In this document: positions 45,060-55,143 of the stretch, in pieces
Layout: each line of letters begins with the position of its first letter
Numbering within the stretch: position 1 is the stretch's first letter
Translations under genes and position numbers: made by a program
Assembly: GCA_965369835.1 (NCBI GenBank)
Contig: CBDUSE010000002.1
Coordinates: 1,346-65,345 of the forward strand
DNA: 64,000 nucleotides
Source: an uncultured bacterium
Lineage (GTDB): Bacteria > Auribacterota > JABMQX01 > JAFGEW01
Reading direction: 5' to 3'
The notes under the pieces: model-generated
What the model saw: only the letters and a program-made list of their open reading frames with translations
What the model was told of the DNA's origin: nothing
Databases searched by the model: none

Positions 45060-46889
45060 CTAATCTCTGGCGAAGTAGGCTTCGAGGAACTCGGCAGCAA
45101 GGGGCGCGGCGGTCCGGCCGCCGGTCTCTCCCTCTTCCACCAACACCACCACCACGATCTCGGGCGCATCCGCCGGCGCGAACGCGATGAACCACGCCAG
45201 GTTCGTGCCCGACTCCTTCGACCCGACCTCGGCGGTGCTTGTCTTGCCCGCCACCTCGAGGTGCTGCAGGTTCCTGAACGCCCGGTAGCCCGTCCCCCCC
45301 TCGCGCGTGACCTCACGGAGCCCCTCCTTGACGAGCGCGAGGCTCTCGGGGCTCAGCTCGATGCGCCGCGACTGCGGCGGAAACTCCTCGACGCCGTCGG
45401 CCCGGACGATCCGGGTGACGAGCCGAGGCTTGAACTGCACGCCGTCCATTGCCACGGCCGAGTAGATCTGCGCGACCTGCAGCGGCGTCACCTCGAGCGG
45501 ATACTGCCCGATGCTCAGGTTGATTGTGTAGCCGGGGAGCCAGGAGCGGTACGTCCTGGCGCGCCAGTCGCTCGAGGCCTGCCATTCGGGAGTCGGGTTG
45601 ACGCCTGCGCGTTCGTTCGGCAGCTTCACGCCGGTCGGCTTGCCCAGCCCAAGCTCGGCCGCGAGCGACACGATCGGCTCGCGGCCGATATGGTGGCCGG
45701 TCTTGTAGAAGAAGACGTTGCACGACTTCTTGATGGCTGTGACGACGTTGACGTCGCCGTGCGAGTGCCGGCGGTAGCAGTCCCACGTGTATCGCCCCAG
45801 GCTGAACGTGCCCGGGCAGTTGAAGATCGTCTCGCCCGTGATGCGCCGCTTCTCGTCGGGCAGGTTGAGCGCCGCGAGCGCTACCACCACCTTGAAGGCG
45901 GAGCCGAGCGGGTACTGGTCGTTGATGCACCGGTTCCAGAGCGGGCGCGACGTGTCTTTGTTGAGGCGTTGGATCTCGGCGACCGCCTCGGGCGGTCTTG
46001 GGATGGCGAAGACGTTCGGGTCGAAGCTCGGCGTGCTGGCAAGCACAAGCACGTCCCCGTTGCGGGGATCCATCGCCACGAGCGCGCCGCGCCTCTCACC
46101 GAGGATCCCATAGGCGAGGCGCTGCAGATCGGTGTTGATCGTCGTGTAGATGTCGCTCCCCGCGGTAGGCTTGTCTTTGTCGTCGAGGATGCGCCGACGC
46201 CGCCCGTGGTTGTCCACCTCGAGCATGGTCGAGCCTTTGCGCCCGTGCAGCTCGGCCTCGAACCAGAGCTCGAGGCCCGCCAGGCCGACCACGTCCCGCC
46301 CATCGTATTCGAGCTCAGGCCACTTGGTCCTGAGCCTCTCAAGTGCCTCCTTGCCCGGCACGAGGCCGGTGTAGCCGAGCGTCTGCGCGGCATGCGCGCC
46401 GTGCCGGTAGCGCCGGGCAAAGTTCGTCATCGGCATGAGGCCCGGCGTGACCGGTTCGAGCACCTTGAGCTTCGTGTACTCCTCAAAAGAAATGTCGCGC
46501 TTGATCGTGACCGGCACGTAGGGGATCACGTTCCGGGGGTCGAGCCGCGCGCGGATCGTCTCCTCGGGCATGCCAAGCACGTCGCGCAGCACCTCGACGA
46601 CCCGCTTGAGCTCAGCCCGGCTCGTCGCCTCGCTGTAGTCCACGCACGCGTCGAGCCGGGCCCGGTTGTCGGCAAGCGGACGGCCGGAGCGGTCAAGGAT
46701 CCGGCCACGCGCCGGCCGCACGGTCACGCCGCGCTTGCGGTTGCGCAGCCCGAGTTCCCGGTAGCGGGTTGCGTGCACGACCTGGAGCGACCAGAGCCGC
46801 AGCATGAGGATCACGAAGCAGATCGTCAGCAGCATGAGGATCGCGCGCGGTCGCCCCGTCAGACCCGGTCGTGGACGCGGCTCAATCAT
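45060..46889 (-). CDS. mrdA: Peptidoglycan D,D-transpeptidase PBP2
   Basis: N-terminal TM anchor, dimerisation domain, and transpeptidase motifs SAFK, SxN (SCN) and KTGT in order. Confidence 0.9.
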   Translation of the reverse strand: MIEPRPRPGLTGRPRAILMLLTICFVILMLRLWSLQVVHATRYRELGLRNRKRGVTVRPARGRILDRSGRPLADNRARLDACVDYSEATSRAELKRVVEVLRDVLGMPEETIRARLDPRNVIPYVPVTIKRDISFEEYTKLKVLEPVTPGLMPMTNFARRYRHGAHAAQTLGYTGLVPGKEALERLRTKWPELEYDGRDVVGLAGLELWFEAELHGRKGSTMLEVDNHGRRRRILDDKDKPTAGSDIYTTINTDLQRLAYGILGERRGALVAMDPRNGDVLVLASTPSFDPNVFAIPRPPEAVAEIQRLNKDTSRPLWNRCINDQYPLGSAFKVVVALAALNLPDEKRRITGETIFNCPGTFSLGRYTWDCYRRHSHGDVNVVTAIKKSCNVFFYKTGHHIGREPIVSLAAELGLGKPTGVKLPNERAGVNPTPEWQASSDWRARTYRSWLPGYTINLSIGQYPLEVTPLQVAQIYSAVAMDGVQFKPRLVTRIVRADGVEEFPPQSRRIELSPESLALVKEGLREVTREGGTGYRAFRNLQHLEVAGKTSTAEVGSKESGTNLAWFIAFAPADAPEIVVVVLVEEGETGGRTAAPLAAEFLEAYFARD

Positions 46890-47376
46890 GGCGACGGTAC
46901 TCCATCCAACGGCGCTCCATCCGGGCGAGCACGAATGGGGCCACGACCGCTGTGGCGGCCGCGGCGGGCAGGAGCGACCGCCTCAGCTCGACGAGGTAGT
47001 TGTGCGTTGGGCCGTAGAGGCGCAGCACGTAGTAGATCACGCCCGAGCAAATCGCCGCCGCAACGAGCACGAGCAGCGCGCGCAGCACGACGGCGCCCTT
47101 GAAGAAGGTCTCCTGCAGGCCACCGACCACGAAACCGACCGCGCCGTAGCCCAGGGCGCAGACGCCGAGCTGTCCGCCGCCGAGCAGATCGGTCGCCAGT
47201 CCCGCCAGCACGCCGAGCAGGAAGCCACGCTGCTCGTCGGCACGCAGCGCAAAGCCCACGAGCGCGATAAGGCACAGATCCATGCGCACCGTGCGGAACA
47301 GCGGCACGAGGCGCGCGAGCGCGCTCTGGGCCAGCGCGCACACCATGAAGACCACGAATGCCTGCAGCGTCTTCAT
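46882..47376 (-). CDS. mreD: Rod shape-determining protein MreD. Start at ATG 47376 (MKTLQAFVVF...), overlapping the mreC stop
   Basis: Small polytopic membrane protein between mreC and mrdA. The longer track ORF would overlap mreC. Confidence 0.7.
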   Translation of the reverse strand: MKTLQAFVVFMVCALAQSALARLVPLFRTVRMDLCLIALVGFALRADEQRGFLLGVLAGLATDLLGGGQLGVCALGYGAVGFVVGGLQETFFKGAVVLRALLVLVAAAICSGVIYYVLRLYGPTHNYLVELRRSLLPAAAATAVVAPFVLARMERRWMEYRRHD

Positions 47377-48233
47377 TGGCCGATGCTGCCCTGCGGAGTG
47401 CGCTCCGTAGCACGAGTCACCACCAGCACCTCGCTCAACCGGTCCAGCGCCGCGGGCCGCTCGAGCACCGCTGTTTGCCACCCGGCCTCCTCGCCGCGCA
47501 CCGCCTTGACCGTGCCGATCTCGAACCCCTCGACGAAATACATCTCGGCGGCCTCGCCCTCCGTGGCCGCGCCTTGGGCGCGCGCGCGCCAGGTGACGAT
47601 CCTGTCGCCGATCTGGACCTCCGGTTCATCGGCAAGGTACTTGAACAGAAGCGTGTGCGTGCTCGTCGTCTCGACGAGGCCGCGCGTGCCGCGACCGGCG
47701 ACCGTTGCGGGCACGGCGCTGCGGGCATCCAGCGCAAGCATCACACGGCTCCAGCCCGGGCCCACTTCGTGAACCCGGCCGACGTACCAGCGGCCCTTGA
47801 CCACCTGCATGCCACGGCGCACGCCGCTCCCCGTGCCGACGTTGATCACCGCCGTGTCGTACCAACTCGTCGGGTCGCGGCCCACCACGCGCGCCGGCAC
47901 GAGCTGCAGGTCGAAGTCCGCCAGCTCGTCGAGCTGGGCCGAGGTCGCGCGCACCGACTCGAGCTCCGCTTCGAGCGCCGCTCGCTCGGCCTCAAGCGTC
48001 TCGACCCGGCGCTTCAGGTCGTCGCGTTCGATCACAATGCCCCGGCCGGCGACCGCCTCGGCGACGCGCCCGAACCATCGCCCCACCGCCTCGACGCCGC
48101 GCAGCACGGGCGTCACCACCGTCATCACCGGCTGGCGCGCCCAGCGCGAGACGGGATGCTTGAGGCTCAGCGCGACGAAGATCGCCACGAGCACAAGCAG
48201 CGTAACGATGATGCGTTGCCGCACGGGCCGCAT
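47373..48233 (-). CDS. mreC: Rod shape-determining protein MreC
   Basis: N-terminal TM followed by coiled-coil (LEAERAALEAELESV), then a beta-rich C-terminal domain with the Gly-rich VINVGTGSGVRRGMQVV. Confidence 0.85.
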   Translation of the reverse strand: MRPVRQRIIVTLLVLVAIFVALSLKHPVSRWARQPVMTVVTPVLRGVEAVGRWFGRVAEAVAGRGIVIERDDLKRRVETLEAERAALEAELESVRATSAQLDELADFDLQLVPARVVGRDPTSWYDTAVINVGTGSGVRRGMQVVKGRWYVGRVHEVGPGWSRVMLALDARSAVPATVAGRGTRGLVETTSTHTLLFKYLADEPEVQIGDRIVTWRARAQGAATEGEAAEMYFVEGFEIGTVKAVRGEEAGWQTAVLERPAALDRLSEVLVVTRATERTPQGSIGQ

Positions 48234-48257
48234 GAGCGCCTTCGGGGCTCCGTTGGG

Positions 48258-48953
48258 TTAGAGTGCGTCGTCGTCCTTGAAGCTATAATAGTCGCCATCG
48301 CCGATGATGATGTGATCGAGGAGCGGGATGCCGACGAGATCGCCCGCCTCCTTGATCCGGCACGTCGTCTCGCGGTCCTCGTGCGAGGGCCGGCAGTCGC
48401 CCGTCGGGTGGTTGTGGCAGACGACGACGGCCGCGCTGCTGGCGCGGATGGCGCTGCGGAACACCTCGCGCGGGTGCACCAGGCTCGCGTTGAGCGTGCC
48501 GACCGAGACTGTCTCGTGGCGGATGAGGCGGTTCTTCGTGTCGAGCAGCAGGATCTTGAACCGCTCCTCCTCGTACAGGCGCATCTCGTCGGCCACGAGC
48601 GCCATCACGTCGCGCGACGTGCGCACCTCAGGCCGCTCCGGCCCGCGCGAGGCGCCGAGCCGTGAGCCGAGCGCGAACGCCGCCTTGATCTGCACCGCCT
48701 TCGCCTCGCCGATCCCCTCGATGGCGCAGAGCTCCTCGATCGGCGCCTTCGCCACGCCCGGCAGCCCGCCGAAGCGGTGGAGCAGCTCGCTCGCCAGCTC
48801 GCGCGCGTTACGCTGCTGTCGTCCCGTGCGCAGGATGATGGCCAGCAGCTCGCTCGTCGAGAGCGCGCCGGCGCCGTGCTTGAGCAGCCGCTCGCGCGGC
48901 CGCTCGTCGGCCGGCAGCTCCTTGATCTTGAAATAGCCCGTCCCCTCGCTCAT
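48258..48953 (-). CDS. radC: RadC-like JAB-domain protein (UPF0758)
   Basis: HhH N-terminus (LSTSELLAIIL) and the JAMM motif HNHPTGD...S. Confidence 0.85.
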   Translation of the reverse strand: MSEGTGYFKIKELPADERPRERLLKHGAGALSTSELLAIILRTGRQQRNARELASELLHRFGGLPGVAKAPIEELCAIEGIGEAKAVQIKAAFALGSRLGASRGPERPEVRTSRDVMALVADEMRLYEEERFKILLLDTKNRLIRHETVSVGTLNASLVHPREVFRSAIRASSAAVVVCHNHPTGDCRPSHEDRETTCRIKEAGDLVGIPLLDHIIIGDGDYYSFKDDDAL

Positions 48954-50566
48954 TGCTCCCCCGCTGCACCAGGCGCTGTCTTCTTGATCTGATCAATCAT
49001 GTCCTTGAACGCCGTGTTGCCCGTCCTGGCGTAGGCGTCGGACAGAAGGCGCTCGACCATCTTCCGATCGCGGCTCGGCGATATGAAGAACTCCCGGATT
49101 CGCTCGCGGCCGTACTTGTTGTGGGCGCGATACGTCTCGATGAGATACCGGGCCACCGCCTCGCCACTGTACGACGTGATGGCCAGGATTGCATGAGAGC
49201 GAATCATCTGGTCAGGCGACTCCGTCATCGGGCCAATGGTCTCGAGGACAAGGGGATCGGCGAGGCGGTCCCGCGGATATGGACACCTCGCCAATTCGAG
49301 CGCCTTGATTGCGCGTTGGTCGTTCGCACTGTGCGTCTGCGCCATCAAGTACGCGAAGGCCTCCTGATCGTCGAACGTGAAGGCAAGCGGCATGCTGGCC
49401 AGCAGCTTGAGTTTGTCGTCGTCGCCCTCGAAGAGAGTGCGCAGCCGCTCGTGCACGCGTGGCCTGTACTTGGGCTCGACGCACTGCCAGGCCCAGGGAA
49501 TTGCTGCTTCGAGTGTGTCTCGATTGTCGCTGTTGAGGGCCTTCATTGCGACGGCTGGGAAACAGTTGCCCCTGCTCCTGGAGCCAAAGGCGAGAGCGCT
49601 GATAACCACCCTGGTCATCCCATCCTGGGAGGCATCGAGTAGGGCCGACACAGGACCGAGGCACTCCTCGTTGCAAACGTTCCCCACGCCGGCGAAGATA
49701 TGCCAGACATCGCCATGACCTTCCTCCCACCAGTGCTTCCCTTGCGCGAACTGGGCGGTCCTCTCCACGATGACACTCAGCTTCCCCGCGTGGTCGTACG
49801 CCGCAACCAGCCGACGCAGGATCTCTTTCCGGTGGTCCAAAGGCTTGTACGGCATGTGCTCGAGCGCCCGCTCGTACGCCTCAATCGCCCTGTCGGGTTC
49901 GCCGAGCTGGTCATACGCTTGACCTAGCACGTCGAGCAGGGCCTCGTCCTCCCGGAACCGTTCGGCGCAGGCAGGCTCGAGCATGGCTCGGACTCGCTCC
50001 GGATCGCCAAATCGCAGTAGCAGTGCGGCGCATGCCGTGTAGGCCGGTGCCCAGTCCGGCATCTCCGACAGACAGTCGTGGATCAGGTCGAGCGCGGCCG
50101 CGCGCTCGCGGGCCTTGAATCGGGCCTCGATGGCCTTCAGGAAGTAGTCGCCGAGCTGCTGTTTCAGCGTCGAGGTGGCGTCCGGCAACGAGGCGACCTG
50201 ATGCCGGTGGATCGTGATCAGCGCCTCCCAGCACTCGGCTTCGGTCAGCTCGGTGATCAACTCGTCCAGGAGGTCGCCGTAGCGCGAATCGATGCTCCTC
50301 AACGGTTCAATGTGGCGCGCCGCGGGGGAGAAGTCGCCTTCGCTTGCGCAGAGGCGGGCCAGTCGCTTAATGGCCCGGAGCCTTTGCTCCTCCAAAAGTT
50401 GGATCCTCTTGCTTCGATCCGTCTCCGTTGCTTCGGTAGCCGCCCCCGTGGGCGAGAGCGTACACACACTCAGCCAGAGGGCGACAAGCAAACAGGTTTT
50501 CAGAGTTCCAGCCACTGGCGCGACCTTGCTCTCGTATCTGCACACGGTGGTGATGGGCGGCACCAC
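48950..50566 (-). CDS. Hypothetical secreted TPR/HEAT-like repeat protein
   Basis: Signal peptide followed by repeated helical-hairpin sequence (AIEAYERALEHMPYKP...). Overlaps the radC start by 4 nt. Confidence 0.5.
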   Translation of the reverse strand: MVPPITTVCRYESKVAPVAGTLKTCLLVALWLSVCTLSPTGAATEATETDRSKRIQLLEEQRLRAIKRLARLCASEGDFSPAARHIEPLRSIDSRYGDLLDELITELTEAECWEALITIHRHQVASLPDATSTLKQQLGDYFLKAIEARFKARERAAALDLIHDCLSEMPDWAPAYTACAALLLRFGDPERVRAMLEPACAERFREDEALLDVLGQAYDQLGEPDRAIEAYERALEHMPYKPLDHRKEILRRLVAAYDHAGKLSVIVERTAQFAQGKHWWEEGHGDVWHIFAGVGNVCNEECLGPVSALLDASQDGMTRVVISALAFGSRSRGNCFPAVAMKALNSDNRDTLEAAIPWAWQCVEPKYRPRVHERLRTLFEGDDDKLKLLASMPLAFTFDDQEAFAYLMAQTHSANDQRAIKALELARCPYPRDRLADPLVLETIGPMTESPDQMIRSHAILAITSYSGEAVARYLIETYRAHNKYGRERIREFFISPSRDRKMVERLLSDAYARTGNTAFKDMIDQIKKTAPGAAGEQ

Positions 50567-50617
50567 CTTCCCTTTAGCGACACTTTCCGACAGGCAAAGT
50601 TCCTTTGATTCCCTCCA

Positions 50618-51904
50618 TCATGAGCTCTCCTCGACTAGAAAGCGCTTGTACGCCGGGGCGCGCTCGCGGCGGAGCTCGACGGTCACGAGCGCCATGTTGT
50701 TGTCGTATTGCGTGTCGAGCACGTGGCCTTCCTCGTGCAGCCGGGCGATCCAGCGCGACTCACGCTGCGGCACGCGGTACGTGGCGATCAGGAGCTCGGC
50801 GGCGAACTGCTCCTCGATCAGCTCGAGGAGCTCGTCGAGCCCCGTGCCGTCTTTCGCCGAGATCGGCGCGGCGTTCGGCACGCGGCGCGCCCAGCGCTCG
50901 GCCACCTCGATGCGCTCGAGCCGGTCAATCTTGTTGAGCGCGGTGGCCATCGGCTTGTCGTGCGCGCCCAGCTCTTTCAGCACGGCCTCAACCGCCTCGA
51001 CCTGTTCCTCGACGGCCGGGTGGCTCACGTCGAGCACGTGCAGCAGCAGGTCGGCCTCGAGCGTTTCCTCGAACGTCGCCTTGAAGGCCTCGACGAGCAT
51101 GTGCGGCAGCTTGCGGATAAAGCCGACCGTGTCGGAAAAGAGCACGGCGCGGCCGCTCGGGATCTCGAGCTTGCGCGTCGTCGGGTCGAGCGTGGCGAAG
51201 AGCTTGTTCTCGACGAACGCGTCGGCGCCCGTGAGCCGGTTGAGCAGCGTGGTCTTGCCCGCGTTCGTGTAGCCGATGATGGCCACCGTGCGCAGGTGGT
51301 GGCGGGCGCGTGCCTTGCGCTGCGTGGCGCGCCGGCGGCGGACCGCTTCGATCTCCTGGCCGAGGTGGTGAAGGCGCTCGCGCACGCGGCGGCGGTCCAC
51401 CTCGATCTGCGTCTCGCCCGGGCCGCGTGTGCCGATGCCGCCCGGCTGCCGCTCGAGGTGCGTCCACAGCCCACGCAGGCGCGGGAGCATGTATTGGTGC
51501 TGGGCGAGCTCGACCTGGAGCTTCGCCTCCTTCGTCTGCGCGCGGCCCGCGAAGATGTCGAGGATGAGCGCCGTGCGGTCCACGATCTTGCGCCCGGTCT
51601 CGCGCTCGAGGTTGCGCTGCTGCGCGGGCGAGAGCTCCTCGTCGAACACGAGCGTGTCGGCGCGCTCGGCCTCGCACAGCAGCTTGAGGTCCTCGACCTT
51701 GCCGCGGCCGATGAGGAACGGCGCCGTTGGCCGGTCGCGCTTGATGATCTCCTCGGTAACGACCGTTGCGCCCGCCGTCTGAACGAGCTGCGCGAGCTCG
51801 GCGAGGTGATCCTGGACCGCCCACTCGTCGGTGTCCCGAAACTGCACACCGACGAGTACGGCTCGCTCCTGCGGCTCCTCCTGTGTTTCGATCAGCTTGG
51901 TCAT
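50618..51904 (-). CDS. hflX: GTPase HflX
   Basis: HflX N-domain followed by a G-domain with GYTNAGKTTLLN (G1), DTVGF (G3) and NKID (G4). Confidence 0.9.
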   Translation of the reverse strand: MTKLIETQEEPQERAVLVGVQFRDTDEWAVQDHLAELAQLVQTAGATVVTEEIIKRDRPTAPFLIGRGKVEDLKLLCEAERADTLVFDEELSPAQQRNLERETGRKIVDRTALILDIFAGRAQTKEAKLQVELAQHQYMLPRLRGLWTHLERQPGGIGTRGPGETQIEVDRRRVRERLHHLGQEIEAVRRRRATQRKARARHHLRTVAIIGYTNAGKTTLLNRLTGADAFVENKLFATLDPTTRKLEIPSGRAVLFSDTVGFIRKLPHMLVEAFKATFEETLEADLLLHVLDVSHPAVEEQVEAVEAVLKELGAHDKPMATALNKIDRLERIEVAERWARRVPNAAPISAKDGTGLDELLELIEEQFAAELLIATYRVPQRESRWIARLHEEGHVLDTQYDNNMALVTVELRRERAPAYKRFLVEESS

Positions 51905-52838
51905 TGCAGGTCCGGCGATTCTCCGTGTGCTTCGAGAGCGTTCACGAGGGCGGCGACGTGGCTGCCGTTAGTCACAACGTCGTACCACCGTATTCTAGCG
52001 TCCTTGCGGAACCAGGTCAACTGGCGCTTGGCGTAGCGGCGCGTCTGCGCCTTGATGGCGCGCCTCGCCGCATCGAGCGTGCGCTCGCCGCGCAAGGCGG
52101 AAGCGATCTCGGCGACGCCTATCGCCTGCATCGCCGTCGGGCTTTGCTCGATGCCGGCGTCCATGAGTCGCTTGACTTCCTCGACCACGCCCGCGTCGAA
52201 CATGGCGTCCACGCGCGCCTCGATGCGCCGGTAGAGCATGGCGCGTGGCATGCGCAAGCCGAGCATGAGGCATGGCCGCGGGCGCTGCCACTCGGTCTGG
52301 TGCTCGCTGATCGGACGGCCCGTTGTCTCGTACACCTCGAGTGCGCGCACGATGCGCCGCAGGTCGTGGCGCGCGATGCGCCCGGCGGCCGCGGGGTCCA
52401 CTTCGGCGAGCCGCGCGTGCAGCGCCTCCGGGCCTCGTGCTTCCGCTTCGGCCCGGAGCCTTGCGCGAACTGTGGACGGCGCTTCCTCGACTTCAAAAAG
52501 GCCGTCGGCCAGCGCCTTGACATACAGCCCCGTGCCGCCGACGACGAGCGGGAGCTTGCCGTGCCCACGGATGGCCACAATTGCCTCGTCGGCGAGGCGC
52601 CTGAACTCGGCCGCGCTGAAGGTCTCGGTCACGTCGAGGATGTCCACGAGGTGGTGGGGCACGCGGGCGCGCTCGTCGGGCGACGGCTTTGCGCTGAGGA
52701 TGTCGAGGCCGCGATAGATCTGCATCGAGTCGGCCGAGACGATTTCTAGAGGGATGCGCTCGGCCAGCGCAAGCGCCGCGGCGCTCTTGCCGACGCCCGT
52801 CGGCCCGACGAGGTAGACCGGTTCGGGCCCGTCCATCA
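51901..52838 (-). CDS. miaA: tRNA dimethylallyltransferase. Start at ATG 52838 (MDGPEPVYLVGPTGVGKS), overlapping the mutL stop
   Basis: P-loop GPTGVGKS, DSMQIYRGLDI and the rest of the IPT family pattern. The track ORF over-extends to 53094. Confidence 0.9.
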
Positions 52839-54719
52839 GCGCCGCTTGAACTCCTTCTCGAGATCGTGTTCGGTCATGCGGATCATCGTCGGTCGCCCGT
52901 GTGGGCAGGTAAACGGCCGTTCGCACGCCGCCAGATCGGCGAGGAGTCGGACGCTCTCGTCGCGCGTGAGCGAGTCGTGCGCTTTGACCGCCGCCGTGCA
53001 GGCCGCGGTGATGAGCGTCTCTTCGGGCCGTCGGCGGTACTCCTTCTGATTCGCATCCACCTCGTCGAGGATATCGCGAAAGACCCCGTCCCATTCGGCG
53101 TCCGGCATGTAGGTCGGCATCGCCTCGACGAGGACCGTATTCGGCCCGAACGCGCGCAGCTCGAAGCCCATCCGCCTAAACAGGTCGAGGTGCTCCTCGA
53201 TCACGAGCGCCTCGCGGCGCGTCAGCTCGATCGTGCGCGGCACGAGCAGCCGTTGCGACGTGCGGCCCCGGCCGTCGAGCGCCGCCATGATCCGCTCGTA
53301 CAGTACCCGCTCATGCGCGGCGTGCTGGTCAACGATGACAAGCCCCTCGTCGTTCTCGGCGAGTAGATACGACTCCAGAAGCTGCGCCAGGAATTTGAGG
53401 CTGACCGACCCGTGCCTCACCTCGGGCTGCTCACGCGGTTCTTCGCGTTTGGCGTCGCCAACACGCTCCGGGGCGATCTCGACGTCAGGTTCTGTTCCCT
53501 TGACGAGCTCGCGGCCCGTCTTCCGCTCGAAAAGCTCGGCGGCTGCCGCGCCGACCGGCTCGTTCTTCGCCCGGAACTGCTTGGCCGACGACTCGGCCAG
53601 CTCCTTCTCGAACGCGGTCCGTTCGGCCGCCGGCTGTTCCTCTTCCGGCGCCGCAGGCGCCTTTTGATCTGTGTAATCTGTGCCAATCGGTGGTTCATTC
53701 TTTGTACTCACGCTCGCCGTCGGCGCGAGGTCGGCGCCCTTGAGCGCCTCGGCCACGGCGGCCGCGATCGCTTCCTTGAGATCCCACTCGTTACGGAAGC
53801 GGACCTGGCGCTTCGTCGGGTGCACGTTCGGGTCCACCTGCGCCGGGTCCACCTCGATGAACAGCACCGCCACCGGGTATCGCCCGCGCATCAGGAGCGA
53901 CTTGAACCCCACCTCGACGGCGCGGCTCACGCCGGTGTGCCAGATCGGTCGCCGGTTCACGTAGTAGTATTGCTGCATCCGGTTCGAGCGCGTCAGCGCG
54001 GGCTTGCCGACGTAGCCGCTGATCGAGAAGCCGCCCGCGTCGTGTTCGACCGGCACCATCTGCTTGAGCATCTGCCGCCCGAAGACGGCCGCCATGCGGT
54101 CGGCCAGAGAACCCGCCTTCGGCATGAGCGCCACGACCTTGCCGTTGTGCATGAGCGAGACGTACACGCCCGAGTGCGCGAGCGCGTAGGTGTCCACGCA
54201 GCGGGCGATTTCGCCCATCTCGCGCTCGGCGCTCCGGAGGTACTTGCGCCGCGCGGGCACGTTGCGGAAGAGCTGCTTCACCTCGACCGTCGTGCCCGGC
54301 GCGCGGCCGACTTCGACGACGTTGATGAGTCGCCCGCCGTCGGCCTTGACGAAGGTGCCGGTCTCGGCGCCGCGCTCACAGGTAGTGATCGTCAGGCGCG
54401 AGACCGACGCAATCGAGGGAAGCGCCTCGCCGCGGAAGCCCATCGTCGTGAGGCTCGCGAGGTCGCCCGGCTCATGGAGCTTGCTCGTCGAGTGACGCTC
54501 GAGGCAGAGGATCGCGTCGTCGCGGTTCATGCCGGTGCCGTCGTCGCTCACGCGCACCAAGCTCCGGCCGCCGCCGGCGACCTCGACCTCGATCTCGCGC
54601 GCCCCCGCGTCGAGCGCGTTCTCGACGAGCTCCTTAACGACCGACGCGGGCCGCTCGATCACCTCGCCCGCGGCGATCTTGTTCGCCATGTCCTCGCTGA
54701 GCACCTCGATGCGGTTCAT
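52836..54719 (-). CDS. mutL: DNA mismatch repair protein MutL
   Basis: GHKL ATPase motifs (IAAGEVIERPASVVKELVENALDAG, DDGTGM) and a C-terminal dimerisation domain. Confidence 0.9.
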   Translation of the reverse strand: MNRIEVLSEDMANKIAAGEVIERPASVVKELVENALDAGAREIEVEVAGGGRSLVRVSDDGTGMNRDDAILCLERHSTSKLHEPGDLASLTTMGFRGEALPSIASVSRLTITTCERGAETGTFVKADGGRLINVVEVGRAPGTTVEVKQLFRNVPARRKYLRSAEREMGEIARCVDTYALAHSGVYVSLMHNGKVVALMPKAGSLADRMAAVFGRQMLKQMVPVEHDAGGFSISGYVGKPALTRSNRMQQYYYVNRRPIWHTGVSRAVEVGFKSLLMRGRYPVAVLFIEVDPAQVDPNVHPTKRQVRFRNEWDLKEAIAAAVAEALKGADLAPTASVSTKNEPPIGTDYTDQKAPAAPEEEQPAAERTAFEKELAESSAKQFRAKNEPVGAAAAELFERKTGRELVKGTEPDVEIAPERVGDAKREEPREQPEVRHGSVSLKFLAQLLESYLLAENDEGLVIVDQHAAHERVLYERIMAALDGRGRTSQRLLVPRTIELTRREALVIEEHLDLFRRMGFELRAFGPNTVLVEAMPTYMPDAEWDGVFRDILDEVDANQKEYRRRPEETLITAACTAAVKAHDSLTRDESVRLLADLAACERPFTCPHGRPTMIRMTEHDLEKEFKRR

Positions 54720-55040
54720 CGCCGAAAAAACTCCTCCTCAAGAACCCCGACGCAGCGTAGCGCACACACGGGCGCGTGTCAAACTGCGCACAAGCGGCGG
54801 CAGACGGCGGGCAAGATGCCCGCCACACAGCCGGCGAGACGCCGGCGCTACGCCAAATCGTGCGGCCCAGCAGGATACCGGCGCTACGCCGCACCGTACC
54901 ACACAGCCGGCGTGACGCTGGCACTACGAGACGGCGACAAATGTAGCGCCGGCATCTTGCCGGCTGTCTCGGGGGCGTCTCGCCCCCGGGTTGACCACGG
55001 GCCGCGGTCACGCCCGCCGACCGGTTCGCCACAGTCCTTG

Positions 55041-55143
55041 CGAAGGCGGACCTGTCGTTCGTGGCCTTGACGAAGGAGGACTTGTCCTCCGTAGCTTCAG
55101 CGAAGGAGGACTTGTCCTCCGTAGCTTCAGCGAAGGAGGATGC
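55041..55143 (+). repeat. About 3.4 tandem copies of a 30-bp unit (cgaaggaggacttgtcctccgtagcttcag), each with an internal 7-bp inverted repeat (ggaggac/gtcctcc)
   Basis: Read directly. Copies at 55071-55100 and 55101-55130 are identical. There is a degenerate copy at 55041-55070 and a partial copy at 55131-55143. Confidence 0.85.
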
